From Thermoplasmata archaeon (lineage in GTDB: Archaea; Thermoplasmatota; Thermoplasmata; Lutacidiplasmatales; UBA184): a stretch of DNA of 57,855 nt. Shown piece after piece: positions 8,678-16,876 of this stretch. Within the stretch, counting starts at the first letter, position 1. Each line of letters begins with the position of its first letter. The DNA lies in the NCBI GenBank assembly GCA_030040865.1, contig JASHSX010000082.1:1-57855 (forward strand), written 5' to 3'. Below the pieces are notes generated by a model. That model searched no databases, was not told the DNA's origin, and saw nothing but the letters and a program-made list of their open reading frames with translations. The position numbers were made by a program, and so were the translations under genes.

Positions 8678-9139
8678 GTGTCGAGCCTCCTCGGCACCGA
8701 CGCCCCGTTCTACTCCGACGCGGTCGCGCTCTTCGAGATCGCGGCCGGGATCGCGCTCCTGGTCGGGATGTTCCTCGTGCGGGCGGGCCACGTCCGTCTC
8801 CACGCGTACCTGCAGGGCTCGATCGTCTTCGTGAACCTACCGGTCGTTCTCGCCTGGATGGTCCCGTCGTACCTCAAGAACGTCTACCCGTACCTGGGCT
8901 CCTACTTCGACCAGCCGTTCGTCTGGGTCCCGACGCTCATGCTCGTCGTCGGCGCGCTCGCCGAAGGGGTCGGGGTCTACGTGGTGATGGCGGCAGGCAC
9001 CAACTGGCTCCCCGAGTCGTGGAGGTTCCGCCGGTACAAGCTGTGGATGCGAACCGTCCTCGGGTTGTGGTGGACGGTGCTGATCCTCGGCCTGCTCACG
9101 TACTACGTGTGGTACGTGTCGCCGAACGGGACGTTGTGA
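8678..9139 (+). CDS. integral membrane protein (4 TM, DUF420-like)
   Basis: GTG 8678, 12 nt after the preceding stop. Four hydrophobic segments. The family call is weak. Confidence 0.45.
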   Translation: MSSLLGTDAPFYSDAVALFEIAAGIALLVGMFLVRAGHVRLHAYLQGSIVFVNLPVVLAWMVPSYLKNVYPYLGSYFDQPFVWVPTLMLVVGALAEGVGVYVVMAAGTNWLPESWRFRRYKLWMRTVLGLWWTVLILGLLTYYVWYVSPNGTL

Positions 9140-9146
9140 CGCTCTC

Positions 9147-9698
9147 CTAGTCGGCCGGCACGTAGTGGAGGGCGACGACGCCCGACCGGAAACCCTTCGC
9201 TGAGCGGAGCGTCAGGTGGTGCCAGCGCTTCTGCTCCGTGAAGAGCGGGCGGCCCGCGCCGAGCACGACCGGCTGGACGCGGATCCGGAACTCGTCGATC
9301 AGGTCCTCGGCGAGGAGGGAGGAGACGAGCGTCGAGCTGCCCAGCACCACCATGTCCTTACCTGCGAGGCGTTTCGTCCGCCGCACGTACTCCGCCGGCT
9401 CCTCGTGGACGACAGTTGAGTTCCGCCACGCGGCCTTGCGCATCGTGCGGGAGAAGACGATCTTGGGGGTCTCGTTCAGGCGACGGGTGATGAACGGGTC
9501 GTGGCCGGTCGACGACGACCAGTACTCGGCCATCCCTTCGTAGGTCACCCGCCCGTAGAGGATGGTATCCGCACGACGCAGGATGTCGCGGGACCATTCC
9601 ATCGACTGTTCGTCGCCGATGAACCAATCGATCTCGTTGTTCGGGCCCGCGAAGTACCCGTCGAGCGAGATCAGGGTGTCGACGACGACGCGGCGCAC
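9147..9698 (-). CDS. dihydrofolate reductase-like (RibD C-terminal domain) family protein
   Basis: GTG 9698. ISLDGYFAGPNNEIDWF...ILYGRVTYE...VVLGSSTLV...RIRVQPVVLGAG pattern of the RibD_C/DHFR-like family. Confidence 0.65.
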   Translation of the reverse strand: MRRVVVDTLISLDGYFAGPNNEIDWFIGDEQSMEWSRDILRRADTILYGRVTYEGMAEYWSSSTGHDPFITRRLNETPKIVFSRTMRKAAWRNSTVVHEEPAEYVRRTKRLAGKDMVVLGSSTLVSSLLAEDLIDEFRIRVQPVVLGAGRPLFTEQKRWHHLTLRSAKGFRSGVVALHYVPAD

Positions 9699-9720
9699 AG
9701 GGCGGGAGGAGGCGGGTCCG

Positions 9721-9726
9721 TTATAG
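9721..9726 (-). promoter_or_regulatory. TATA-like box for the DHFR-like gene
   Basis: TTATAG (plus strand; CTATAA on the coding strand) is centred about 25 nt upstream of GTG 9698. Confidence 0.45.
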
Positions 9727-9752
9727 CTCCGCGGGGCGGGCCCCGCGTCCCC

Positions 9753-10475
9753 TCAGGGCGCGGCGGTCTCGCTCGTCTCGAAGTACTCGGCGACCCCCGC
9801 CAGATCGGCCAGGGGGACCGTCGCACCCGGCACGAAGCTCGTGCCGGGTGGGGCCTTCTCGCAGGTCAGTTCCCCCGCGCCCCAACGGGCCAGCGACGGG
9901 GCTCTCGCCTCGAGCACGAAGTCGAACGCGAGCCGTCCCGGCGTCGGAGGACCGAGGGCCGAGAAGATCGGTAGCACACCCGCGTGCAGCATCGCCTCGA
10001 CGATCGGGCGGACACCGACGACGTCCTTCGGGTAGTGCGCGCGGACCCGATCGGTGTTGGCGACGACGAAGACGGGGCGGCTCGGCGCGGCGCCGACGCG
10101 GCTCACCGCGTCCTGCACCGTGGGAGGGAGCCGGAGGAAGTCGGTGAACGTCGCGATGACGGCGGTCGGCTCGTCCGACCGCACGACGCTCCAGAGCGCC
10201 ATGTTCGCGACGGCGTCCTGGGGCCGCGCGTCGGCCGGGCTCACGAAGAAGAGGCGGTCCTCCGGGATCCATCCCATCTCCGTCGGTCCGGTCACATCGG
10301 ATTCCCCCTCGCGTTCCCGGATGTCGACCCAGGTCGGGCGAGGGTCGTTCGCCTTCGCGAGCGCGAAGGCCGTGCGCAGGACGATCGCCCGCGGGGTCCC
10401 GTGGACGAACGTTCCCCAGGCGCCGCGGCCCAGATCACGGAGATCGAACGGACGTGGTCGCCCCGCCCCGGGCAC
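9753..10475 (-). CDS. hypothetical protein
   Basis: GTG 10475 with TTTATC about 28 nt upstream. 240 aa with native codon usage. No catalytic motif recognised. Confidence 0.55.
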   Translation of the reverse strand: MPGAGRPRPFDLRDLGRGAWGTFVHGTPRAIVLRTAFALAKANDPRPTWVDIREREGESDVTGPTEMGWIPEDRLFFVSPADARPQDAVANMALWSVVRSDEPTAVIATFTDFLRLPPTVQDAVSRVGAAPSRPVFVVANTDRVRAHYPKDVVGVRPIVEAMLHAGVLPIFSALGPPTPGRLAFDFVLEARAPSLARWGAGELTCEKAPPGTSFVPGATVPLADLAGVAEYFETSETAAP

Positions 10476-10500
10476 GCTGAGGGCAACGGGGACCGGGCCC

Positions 10501-10506
10501 GATAAA
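10501..10506 (-). promoter_or_regulatory. TATA-like box for ORF 9753-10475
   Basis: TTTATC on the coding strand is centred about 28 nt upstream of GTG 10475. Confidence 0.45.
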
Positions 10507-10537
10507 CCCTCGTTCGCTCGCTCGGGGTCGGCACGCC

Positions 10538-10542
10538 TATAG
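10538..10542 (+). promoter_or_regulatory. TATA-like box for the S9 peptidase gene
   Basis: CTATAGC core is centred 25 nt upstream of ATG 10565. Confidence 0.45.
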
Positions 10543-10564
10543 CGGGGTCCCGGTTCCGGAGGTC

Positions 10565-12397
10565 ATGGCCGAGGGAACCCCCTCGTTCGAGCGGTTCGCC
10601 CAGTACCGACGGTACTTCGAGATCGGCTTCCACCCGGGCGGCGACCTCCTCTACGTCACGGACACGACCGGCCAGTACAACCTGTGGCGGCAACCGCTCT
10701 CCCGCGACGGTACCCCGGGGTACCCCCGGGCCCTCACGAACGAGCGCGACCGCGTCGTGCGGAGCTTCGCGTGCGCGGACGACGGCCGCTCGGTCCTCGT
10801 GCTGGCCGACCGAGACGGGAGCGAGTTCTACCAGATCGAACGCGTCTGGTTCGATGGCCGGGAGCCGGAGGTCCTCACGGCGGCCCCGGACGTCCAGCAC
10901 AACTTCGCGACCGGCCTCTTCCCCGTCGCGGGCGGGGAGCTCCTCTTCACCGACAACTCCCGGGCGCGGTCGGACGTCGACGTGGTCGTCCGGAATCTCC
11001 GGTCCGGCACGGAGACGCGGCCGTTCCCGACCGGCCGTCTCTGGGACAGCCCGCAGTTCGACCGGAGCCGCACCCGCATCGCCGCCATCGAGGCGCGTTC
11101 CAACACACGGGTCCATACCTTCGTGCTCGACCGGAAGCGGTCGAAGCTCACCGAGGTCCTGCCGCACGAGGAGGAGGCGATCGTCGCGTGCGTGGGGTGG
11201 ACGGCCGACGGCCGATCCCTCGTGCTCGTGAGCGACATCGGGCGCGACTTCCAGCGGGTGGAGTTGTACGACCTCGCGAAGGAACGGTCGAAGGTGCTCC
11301 TCGAACCGAAGGTCGACCTCGAGTTCGTCCGGTTCGCCCCGAAGCCGGGGGTCCTCGCCTACGCCCTCAACGATCGAGGCTACTCGACGGTCTACGCCGG
11401 CCGCCTCGGCCGACCCGCGTCCCGGCTCCGGGCCCCGAAGGGGGCCATCCAGCCGGTCGTCTGGGGGAGCCCGTTCGCCCTGGCGCCGGACGGGAAGTCC
11501 GTCGCCGCCCTCTGGTCGAGCGGCGCGGCGCCCGCGGAGATCCTTCGGTTACCGGTGCCGCGCGGCCCCGCCACCTGGGCCACCGACGGTATGGTCGGCG
11601 GGGTGCCCGGTGGGCCCCTTCCTCCTCCGTCGCTCGTCGCCGTCCCCGGGCCGAAGGGCCGCCCGATCCCGGCGTTCTACTACCGGCCGAAGGCCCGACC
11701 CCGCGGGCCGGCTCCGGCCGTGCTCTCGATCCACGGCGGACCGGAGGCCCAGGAGCGACCCTCGTGGCAGTCGTCCGGCCTCTACGCGTTCCTGAACTCG
11801 CGCGGGATCTCCGTGCTGGCCCCGAACATCCGCGGCTCGACCGGGTACGGGAAGGCGTACCAGCGCGAGATCCACCATGATTGGGGCGGCGGCGAGCTCG
11901 AGGACCTCAAGGCGTGCGCGGAGTGGCTCGCCCATCGGCCCGAGGTCGACCCGCACCGGCTCGCCGTGCTCGGCGGGAGCTTCGGCGGGTTCGCCACGCT
12001 TTCGTGCGTCACGCGGCTCCCCGAGTACTGGAAGGCCGGGGTCGACCTGTTCGGGCCGTCGAACCTGGTCACCTTCGCGAAGGCGGTGCCCCCGCATTGG
12101 CGACGGTTCATGGCGCAGTGGGTGGGCGACACCGAGACCGAGGTCGACTTCCTCCTCGCCCGATCGCCGATCACCTACCTCGACCGGGTGCGCTGCGACC
12201 TCCTGATCATCCAGGGCGCCCAGGACCCTCGCGTCGTGAAGTCCGAGTCCGACCAGGTCGTGGAACGGCTCCGGTCCGCCGGACGGACCGTCGAGTACCT
12301 GGTGTTCGAGAACGAGGGCCACGGGTTCACCCGCAAGGAGAACTCGCTGAAGGCGCTCGGCGCCGTGAGCCGCTTTCTCGAGGCGCGGCTCCTCTAG
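10565..12397 (+). CDS. prolyl oligopeptidase family (S9) serine peptidase with N-terminal beta-propeller
   Basis: ATG 10565. Nucleophile motif GGSFGG, IIQGAQDPRV (Asp) and ENEGHGF (His). The long N-terminal repeat region is propeller-like. Confidence 0.8.
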   Translation: MAEGTPSFERFAQYRRYFEIGFHPGGDLLYVTDTTGQYNLWRQPLSRDGTPGYPRALTNERDRVVRSFACADDGRSVLVLADRDGSEFYQIERVWFDGREPEVLTAAPDVQHNFATGLFPVAGGELLFTDNSRARSDVDVVVRNLRSGTETRPFPTGRLWDSPQFDRSRTRIAAIEARSNTRVHTFVLDRKRSKLTEVLPHEEEAIVACVGWTADGRSLVLVSDIGRDFQRVELYDLAKERSKVLLEPKVDLEFVRFAPKPGVLAYALNDRGYSTVYAGRLGRPASRLRAPKGAIQPVVWGSPFALAPDGKSVAALWSSGAAPAEILRLPVPRGPATWATDGMVGGVPGGPLPPPSLVAVPGPKGRPIPAFYYRPKARPRGPAPAVLSIHGGPEAQERPSWQSSGLYAFLNSRGISVLAPNIRGSTGYGKAYQREIHHDWGGGELEDLKACAEWLAHRPEVDPHRLAVLGGSFGGFATLSCVTRLPEYWKAGVDLFGPSNLVTFAKAVPPHWRRFMAQWVGDTETEVDFLLARSPITYLDRVRCDLLIIQGAQDPRVVKSESDQVVERLRSAGRTVEYLVFENEGHGFTRKENSLKALGAVSRFLEARLL

Positions 12398-12510
12398 ACC
12401 TCTTGGGTCCGGGGCCGCCCGGCGTACCTCCCGGGGCCCGGTCCGGTCCAACGGCGGCGGGCGTGCGGACCGGCGCGCCGCCGTCAAGAGTGGGCGAACG
12501 TAGCCCGGCC

Positions 12511-13386
12511 GTGGAACGGACCGACCTGCTCCGCCGCTTCGACCGCGAACATCGCCAGCAGCCGGGCCCGATCCCCGGCGCCCGCGTCGAGCGTGGGCCC
12601 GGATACGTGAGGAGCGTGGGGTCCGAGAACGTCCTCCTTTGGTACGACCTCGGAGTTCGCGGCACGCAGGAACTGCTGGACGAGCAGGTGCGGTACTTCC
12701 GCGCCCGGGCGGTCCCGTTCGAATGGAAGGTGTACGGGCACGACCGCGCCGAGGATCTCGCGGTGCGTCTCGACGCGGCCGGCTTCCTCCCGGCGCCGGC
12801 GGAGACGTTGATGATCCGTGAACTCGCAGGACCGCTCCCCGAGCCGGCCGTTCGGCCCTCGGTCACGGTCCGCCGGGTCGCCTCCGAGCGGGCATTCGAG
12901 GAGTTCGCGGGCGTGACGGCCGCCGCGTTCGAGGACGACCGTTCGGAACGCATCGCGGAGCTTCGGGCTCGGATCTCCGACCCGTCGGTCGCCCTGTTCG
13001 TCGCGTACGTCGACGGGGAGCCCGCGTCCGCGGGTCGGGTCGAGCTCCCGCCCGGCGCATCGATCGCGGGACTCTGGGGCGGGGGCACCGTACCCCGGTA
13101 CCGTCACCGGGGATTGTACCGGACGCTGGTCGCCGCCCGGGCGGAACTCGCGCGAGGTCGCGGGTACCGCTACGTGATCGTCGAGGCGGCCGAGACGAGC
13201 CGTCCGGTCCTGGAGCGGCTCGGGTTCACGCCGCTCGACCGCGTCGTCGGATGGAACTCCCCGGCCCTCCGCCGCGGGTCGAACCGGCGGAAAGCGCGAA
13301 AAGGACCCGAGCCGTCCGCGGAGGAGGACACGGATGCCGAGAAAGCCGACCTGGGAGGACGCCGACCTTCTCCTCCGGATCGATGA
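12511..13386 (+). CDS. GNAT family N-acetyltransferase (two-lobed)
   Basis: GTG 12511 (alternative 12490) inside track ORF 11881-13386. The upstream part of that ORF overlaps the S9 peptidase out of frame. Acetyl-CoA motif RYRHRGLYRTLVAARAELARGRGY. Confidence 0.65.
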   Translation: MERTDLLRRFDREHRQQPGPIPGARVERGPGYVRSVGSENVLLWYDLGVRGTQELLDEQVRYFRARAVPFEWKVYGHDRAEDLAVRLDAAGFLPAPAETLMIRELAGPLPEPAVRPSVTVRRVASERAFEEFAGVTAAAFEDDRSERIAELRARISDPSVALFVAYVDGEPASAGRVELPPGASIAGLWGGGTVPRYRHRGLYRTLVAARAELARGRGYRYVIVEAAETSRPVLERLGFTPLDRVVGWNSPALRRGSNRRKARKGPEPSAEEDTDAEKADLGGRRPSPPDR

Positions 13387-13741
13387 GCTCGCCGCCCGGG
13401 AGGGTACGCGACGCGCGCTCGACTGGTTCCGGCGCAACCACCTGGGCCTCGAGGGGCACGGCGTCCACCCGATCCCGCGGGACGCCGAGGAGTTCGAGCA
13501 CGTCTACCGGTTCGTCGAGCTGTTCGAGACCGTCGGGACGCTCGTGAAGCACGATCTCCTCGACGAGGACCTCATCCACGACCGGTGGATGAGCCGGGCC
13601 GCGTGGGACTTCCTGAAGCCGACGATCGAGCGGGAGCGCCGGATCGCGGGCGCGTCGTTCGCGGAGAACTTCGAGTGGCTGGCGGAACGGAACCGCGCCT
13701 TCGCCCGTCGTCGATCGACCAAGCCCGCGAAGCGGACCTAA
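13334..13741 (+). CDS. hypothetical protein
   Basis: ATG 13334 with GGAGG at 13323-13327 (6-nt spacer). Overlaps the GNAT 3' end by 53 nt. No motif recognised. Confidence 0.55.
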   Translation: MPRKPTWEDADLLLRIDELAAREGTRRALDWFRRNHLGLEGHGVHPIPRDAEEFEHVYRFVELFETVGTLVKHDLLDEDLIHDRWMSRAAWDFLKPTIERERRIAGASFAENFEWLAERNRAFARRRSTKPAKRT

Positions 13742-13756
13742 CGGGCCGACTCGCTT

Positions 13757-13990
13757 CTAGGGATCCTTCTTCTCCTCGTCGTCGTGGTGGAACCCCTTCT
13801 TGGCGCCCGACACGAGCCCCTTGGCCCCGCCGACGATCCCGTGCCCGACCTTCTTCGCGCCCTCGCCCGCCTCGTGGGCGACGTGGGTCGTCTCGCCCGC
13901 CACCCGATGGCCGATCCCGACCTCCCGCCCGCACGCCGCGCACGTCTTCGACCCGTCCGCGAGCTCCGCGCCGCATCCTTCGCACTTCAT
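13757..13990 (-). CDS. small zinc-ribbon protein with Gly/Lys-rich tail
   Basis: ATG 13990. CEGCG-x11-CAACG zinc ribbon, then a GAKKVGHGIVGGAKGLVSGAKKG tail. Third-codon positions are mostly G/C. Confidence 0.6.
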   Translation of the reverse strand: MKCEGCGAELADGSKTCAACGREVGIGHRVAGETTHVAHEAGEGAKKVGHGIVGGAKGLVSGAKKGFHHDDEEKKDP

Positions 13991-14062
13991 GGCCGCCGCC
14001 TCGCGGAACGATGGGCGACGGGGCCCTTGTAGTTTCGGGAGCGCGCCGGAACCGGATCCGGG

Positions 14063-14935
14063 TCAGCCGCCGGTGACGTCCTCGAGGAATTCGCGGATCG
14101 TGCCCAGGAACTCCTTCGGCTGCTCGAGGACCTCCATATGGCTGCTGTGGGGGAGGACCCTCAGGTGGGCCGGTTCGATCCGCTCCGCCATCTCGACGGA
14201 GGCGTTGAGGAAATAGTCGTAGCGTCCGACGACGACGAGGCCCGGGACCTCGATCTTCGAGTAGTACTTCCGGCCGTCCCAGTGGGCGATGCTTCCGTCC
14301 AGCGCGAACTCGTCGCCGGAGGGGGTCATCATCGCGCGGTAGACCGGGGCGGCGAGCTTGGACGCCTTGAGGTCGGGGGGTGTGCCCTTGAGGAACCGGC
14401 TCTGGAACGGGCGATAGATCTTCTCGGCCAGTTGCTGGTACTCGGCCGACTCGAACGCCCGGCGCCGGGTGAGTTCCCGCAGCCGTGCCCGATCCTTGGG
14501 CGACGCGACGGCGAGGACCATCCGCTGGGACTGGCGGACCTCCTCCGCGCTCCCGGCCGTCGCGCACAGCAGGAGGGAGGTGAGCTTCGCTTCGTACCGG
14601 TGGCAGTACTCGAGCGCGGCCCAGCCGCCCGCCGAGTAGCCGAGCAGGTGCAGCTCGGTGATCTTGAGCGCCCGGCGGATCGCCTCGACGTCCTCCGCCT
14701 GCTGCGGGATCGTGTAGTCCGAGGCGCTTTTCGGCGTCCAGCTGTGGCCGACGCCGCGCGGATTGAACAGGACGACCCGGAGGTTGACGTTCGCGAGCTT
14801 GAGGAGCGCCCTCAGGTAGTGGTAGGTGAGACCGGGTCCTCCGGGGTGCACGAGCAGGGTCGCCGGGCCCTTGCCCTGCGAGACGTACTCGAACGAGCGC
14901 TGTCCGGAGACCGTGACCCTGCGGATCGCCGCCAT
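14063..14935 (-). CDS. alpha/beta hydrolase (proline iminopeptidase-like)
   Basis: ATG 14935. HPGGPG oxyanion region and nucleophile elbow GYSAGG. Confidence 0.7.
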   Translation of the reverse strand: MAAIRRVTVSGQRSFEYVSQGKGPATLLVHPGGPGLTYHYLRALLKLANVNLRVVLFNPRGVGHSWTPKSASDYTIPQQAEDVEAIRRALKITELHLLGYSAGGWAALEYCHRYEAKLTSLLLCATAGSAEEVRQSQRMVLAVASPKDRARLRELTRRRAFESAEYQQLAEKIYRPFQSRFLKGTPPDLKASKLAAPVYRAMMTPSGDEFALDGSIAHWDGRKYYSKIEVPGLVVVGRYDYFLNASVEMAERIEPAHLRVLPHSSHMEVLEQPKEFLGTIREFLEDVTGG

Positions 14936-15055
14936 TCCGTGCGCCTTCCCGACCTCCGCGTCGTCGCACGGAGCGCACCGGTCACCGGGGCACCGGGACT
15001 TGAGCTTACGGGTCGGTCGGCGGCGAACCCGCCGAGCCGTCCGAGCCCGGTGCGG

Positions 15056-15793
15056 TCACTTCCAGCGCGTGAGGATCTCCTCGCGATGGAACGTCTTCCG
15101 ACTCACCGCGAAGAGCCCTACCACGACCGCCACGAAGACGAGGGCGATGTACGCGAGGACCGTAGGATCGAGGTTGTATCCGATCTCGCCCGCGATGTAG
15201 AGGAAGATGAGCGGAAGGAAGATGATCCCAGAGTACTGCTGGCCCGAGCGCACGTCGGTCACCCGGGCGGAGACCACGATCGAGAACTCGATCGCGTACA
15301 GCGCGGCGAGCGGCGCGAGGACGAAGACGAGGAGCACGATCTCGAGGTTCGGGTAGTAGAGGTAGCCGAGGGCGGACCGCGTGACCGCGTCGACGAGCAC
15401 CTGGTAGAGGACCGAGCCCGCCCAGATGGCGATCATGGTCGGGACGAACGCCGCCAGCACCTTCCCGAGCAGAATCTCGGAGTCGGTCGAGGGCGTCGAC
15501 AGGAGCGGTTCCAGGCTCCGCTCCACCTTCTCTCCGACGATGCCGTACGCCGCGATCGCGGTCGGGAGCATCGCGGCACCGATCACGAACCAGAAGCCGA
15601 AGGCGTCGATGAGGCCGGGGAGGTAGGAGCCCGCGTCCGCCGAACCGTGCTGGTCCAGGATGTAGACGATGAGCGCGGGGAACCCCACGCTCACGCCGAG
15701 CGGGAGCGCCACAAGCCCCGCCAGGATGCCGCGCTTGGTCCGGAAGATCCCGATGTCGTGCCGGGCGATCAGCCACGCCTGCGAGAGCCTCAC
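15056..15793 (-). CDS. ABC-2 type transporter permease
   Basis: GTG 15793 overlaps the ATPase stop (GTGA at 15790-15793). Six hydrophobic segments. This is the C-terminal part of track ORF 15056-16534. Confidence 0.7.
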   Translation of the reverse strand: MRLSQAWLIARHDIGIFRTKRGILAGLVALPLGVSVGFPALIVYILDQHGSADAGSYLPGLIDAFGFWFVIGAAMLPTAIAAYGIVGEKVERSLEPLLSTPSTDSEILLGKVLAAFVPTMIAIWAGSVLYQVLVDAVTRSALGYLYYPNLEIVLLVFVLAPLAALYAIEFSIVVSARVTDVRSGQQYSGIIFLPLIFLYIAGEIGYNLDPTVLAYIALVFVAVVVGLFAVSRKTFHREEILTRWK

Positions 15794-16719
15794 GAGCTCG
15801 CCTCCGCGTCCCGGACGATCTTGAGGTAAGCGTCCTCGAGCGACGCCGAGAGCTGGGACATCTCGCGGATCCGGCCGCCTGCGGCGACCACCGCCTCCAC
15901 GATCTCGGGGTTCTGCCGATCCGGGTCCCGGACGCTCACGATCAGACGGTCGCCGTCGATCTCCACGGGCACGTGCAGCCGGTCCCGAAGGGCCTGCGCC
16001 ACGCTCTCGGACGCCCGATCGAGCCGCACCACGGTCCGTACGCCCGAAAGTCCCGTTCGGAGCGCGTCGGGCGATCCGATCGTGATGAGGCGCGTCCGCA
16101 GGATCCCGACGCGGTCGCAGATCCGCTGTGCTTCGTCGAGCTGGTGGGTATTGAGGAAGATCGTCCGCCGCTCCTTCTTGAGCTCCAGGATGACGTCCCG
16201 GACCATCTTCGCGGCCTCCGGGTCGAGGTTCGCGGTCGGCTCGTCGAGGAACAGCAGGATCGGATCGTGCACGAGCGTGCGCGCGAGCGCGACCTTCTGC
16301 TTCATCCCTTTCGAGAACGTCGCGACCGGTGCATCGCGCCGTTCCCACAGATCCATCATTCGCAGGAGCCGCTCGATGTTCGCCCGGAGCGTGCCGGCCT
16401 CGACGCGGTGGAGACGGCCGAAGTACTCCAGGTTCTGGTAGGCGCTCGTCGCCTCGTAGAGACCGACGTTCTCGGGAAGCACCCCGATCCGCGACCGCAG
16501 CCGCAGTTCGTCCGATTCCTTCCCGAGCTCGCATCCCGCGACCTCGGCCGACCCGCTCGTCCGGGAAATGAGGCTCGCCAGCATTCGGACGGTCGTCGTC
16601 TTCCCGGCGCCGTTCGGACCCAGGAAGCCGAACACCTCTCCGTCGGCGACGTCGAGCGAGACCCGATCGACGGCCGTGACCGGACCGAACTGTTTCGTGA
16701 GGTTGACAGCGTGGATCAT
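15790..16719 (-). CDS. ABC transporter ATP-binding protein
   Basis: ATG 16719 (MIHAVNLTKQF). Walker A GPNGAGKTT, signature-like SKGMKQK, Walker B LLFLDEPT. Confidence 0.85.
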   Translation of the reverse strand: MIHAVNLTKQFGPVTAVDRVSLDVADGEVFGFLGPNGAGKTTTVRMLASLISRTSGSAEVAGCELGKESDELRLRSRIGVLPENVGLYEATSAYQNLEYFGRLHRVEAGTLRANIERLLRMMDLWERRDAPVATFSKGMKQKVALARTLVHDPILLFLDEPTANLDPEAAKMVRDVILELKKERRTIFLNTHQLDEAQRICDRVGILRTRLITIGSPDALRTGLSGVRTVVRLDRASESVAQALRDRLHVPVEIDGDRLIVSVRDPDRQNPEIVEAVVAAGGRIREMSQLSASLEDAYLKIVRDAEASS

Positions 16720-16843
16720 CGGGAGAATCGGCCGCGTACTCCGGGCGAAGTTATCACGCCGTGCCCCGACCGAGCCCGCGGGCATCGCCGCGAGCCTCGG
16801 CCGGAGAGAGTCGGGGGCTCCCACGCGCACCACCGAAGGGCGG

Positions 16844-16850
16844 ATTTAGG
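16844..16850 (+). promoter_or_regulatory. TATA-like box for the ArsB/NhaD-type permease gene
   Basis: ATTTAGG is centred about 30 nt upstream of ATG 16877. Confidence 0.4.
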
Positions 16851-16876
16851 AAAGGAGCGAGGGGGCGGCAGCTCCG

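Noticed and set aside
9487-9493. C-box-like GTGATGA (also at 42324-42330), considered as possible C/D box sRNA starts.
   Set aside because: Both lie inside coding regions. I found no CTGA D box at an appropriate distance and no terminal stem.
11881-12510. The N-terminal 210 codons of the 501-aa track ORF 11881-13386.
   Set aside because: This part overlaps the S9 peptidase catalytic domain out of frame. The GNAT-like sequence begins near GTG 12511.
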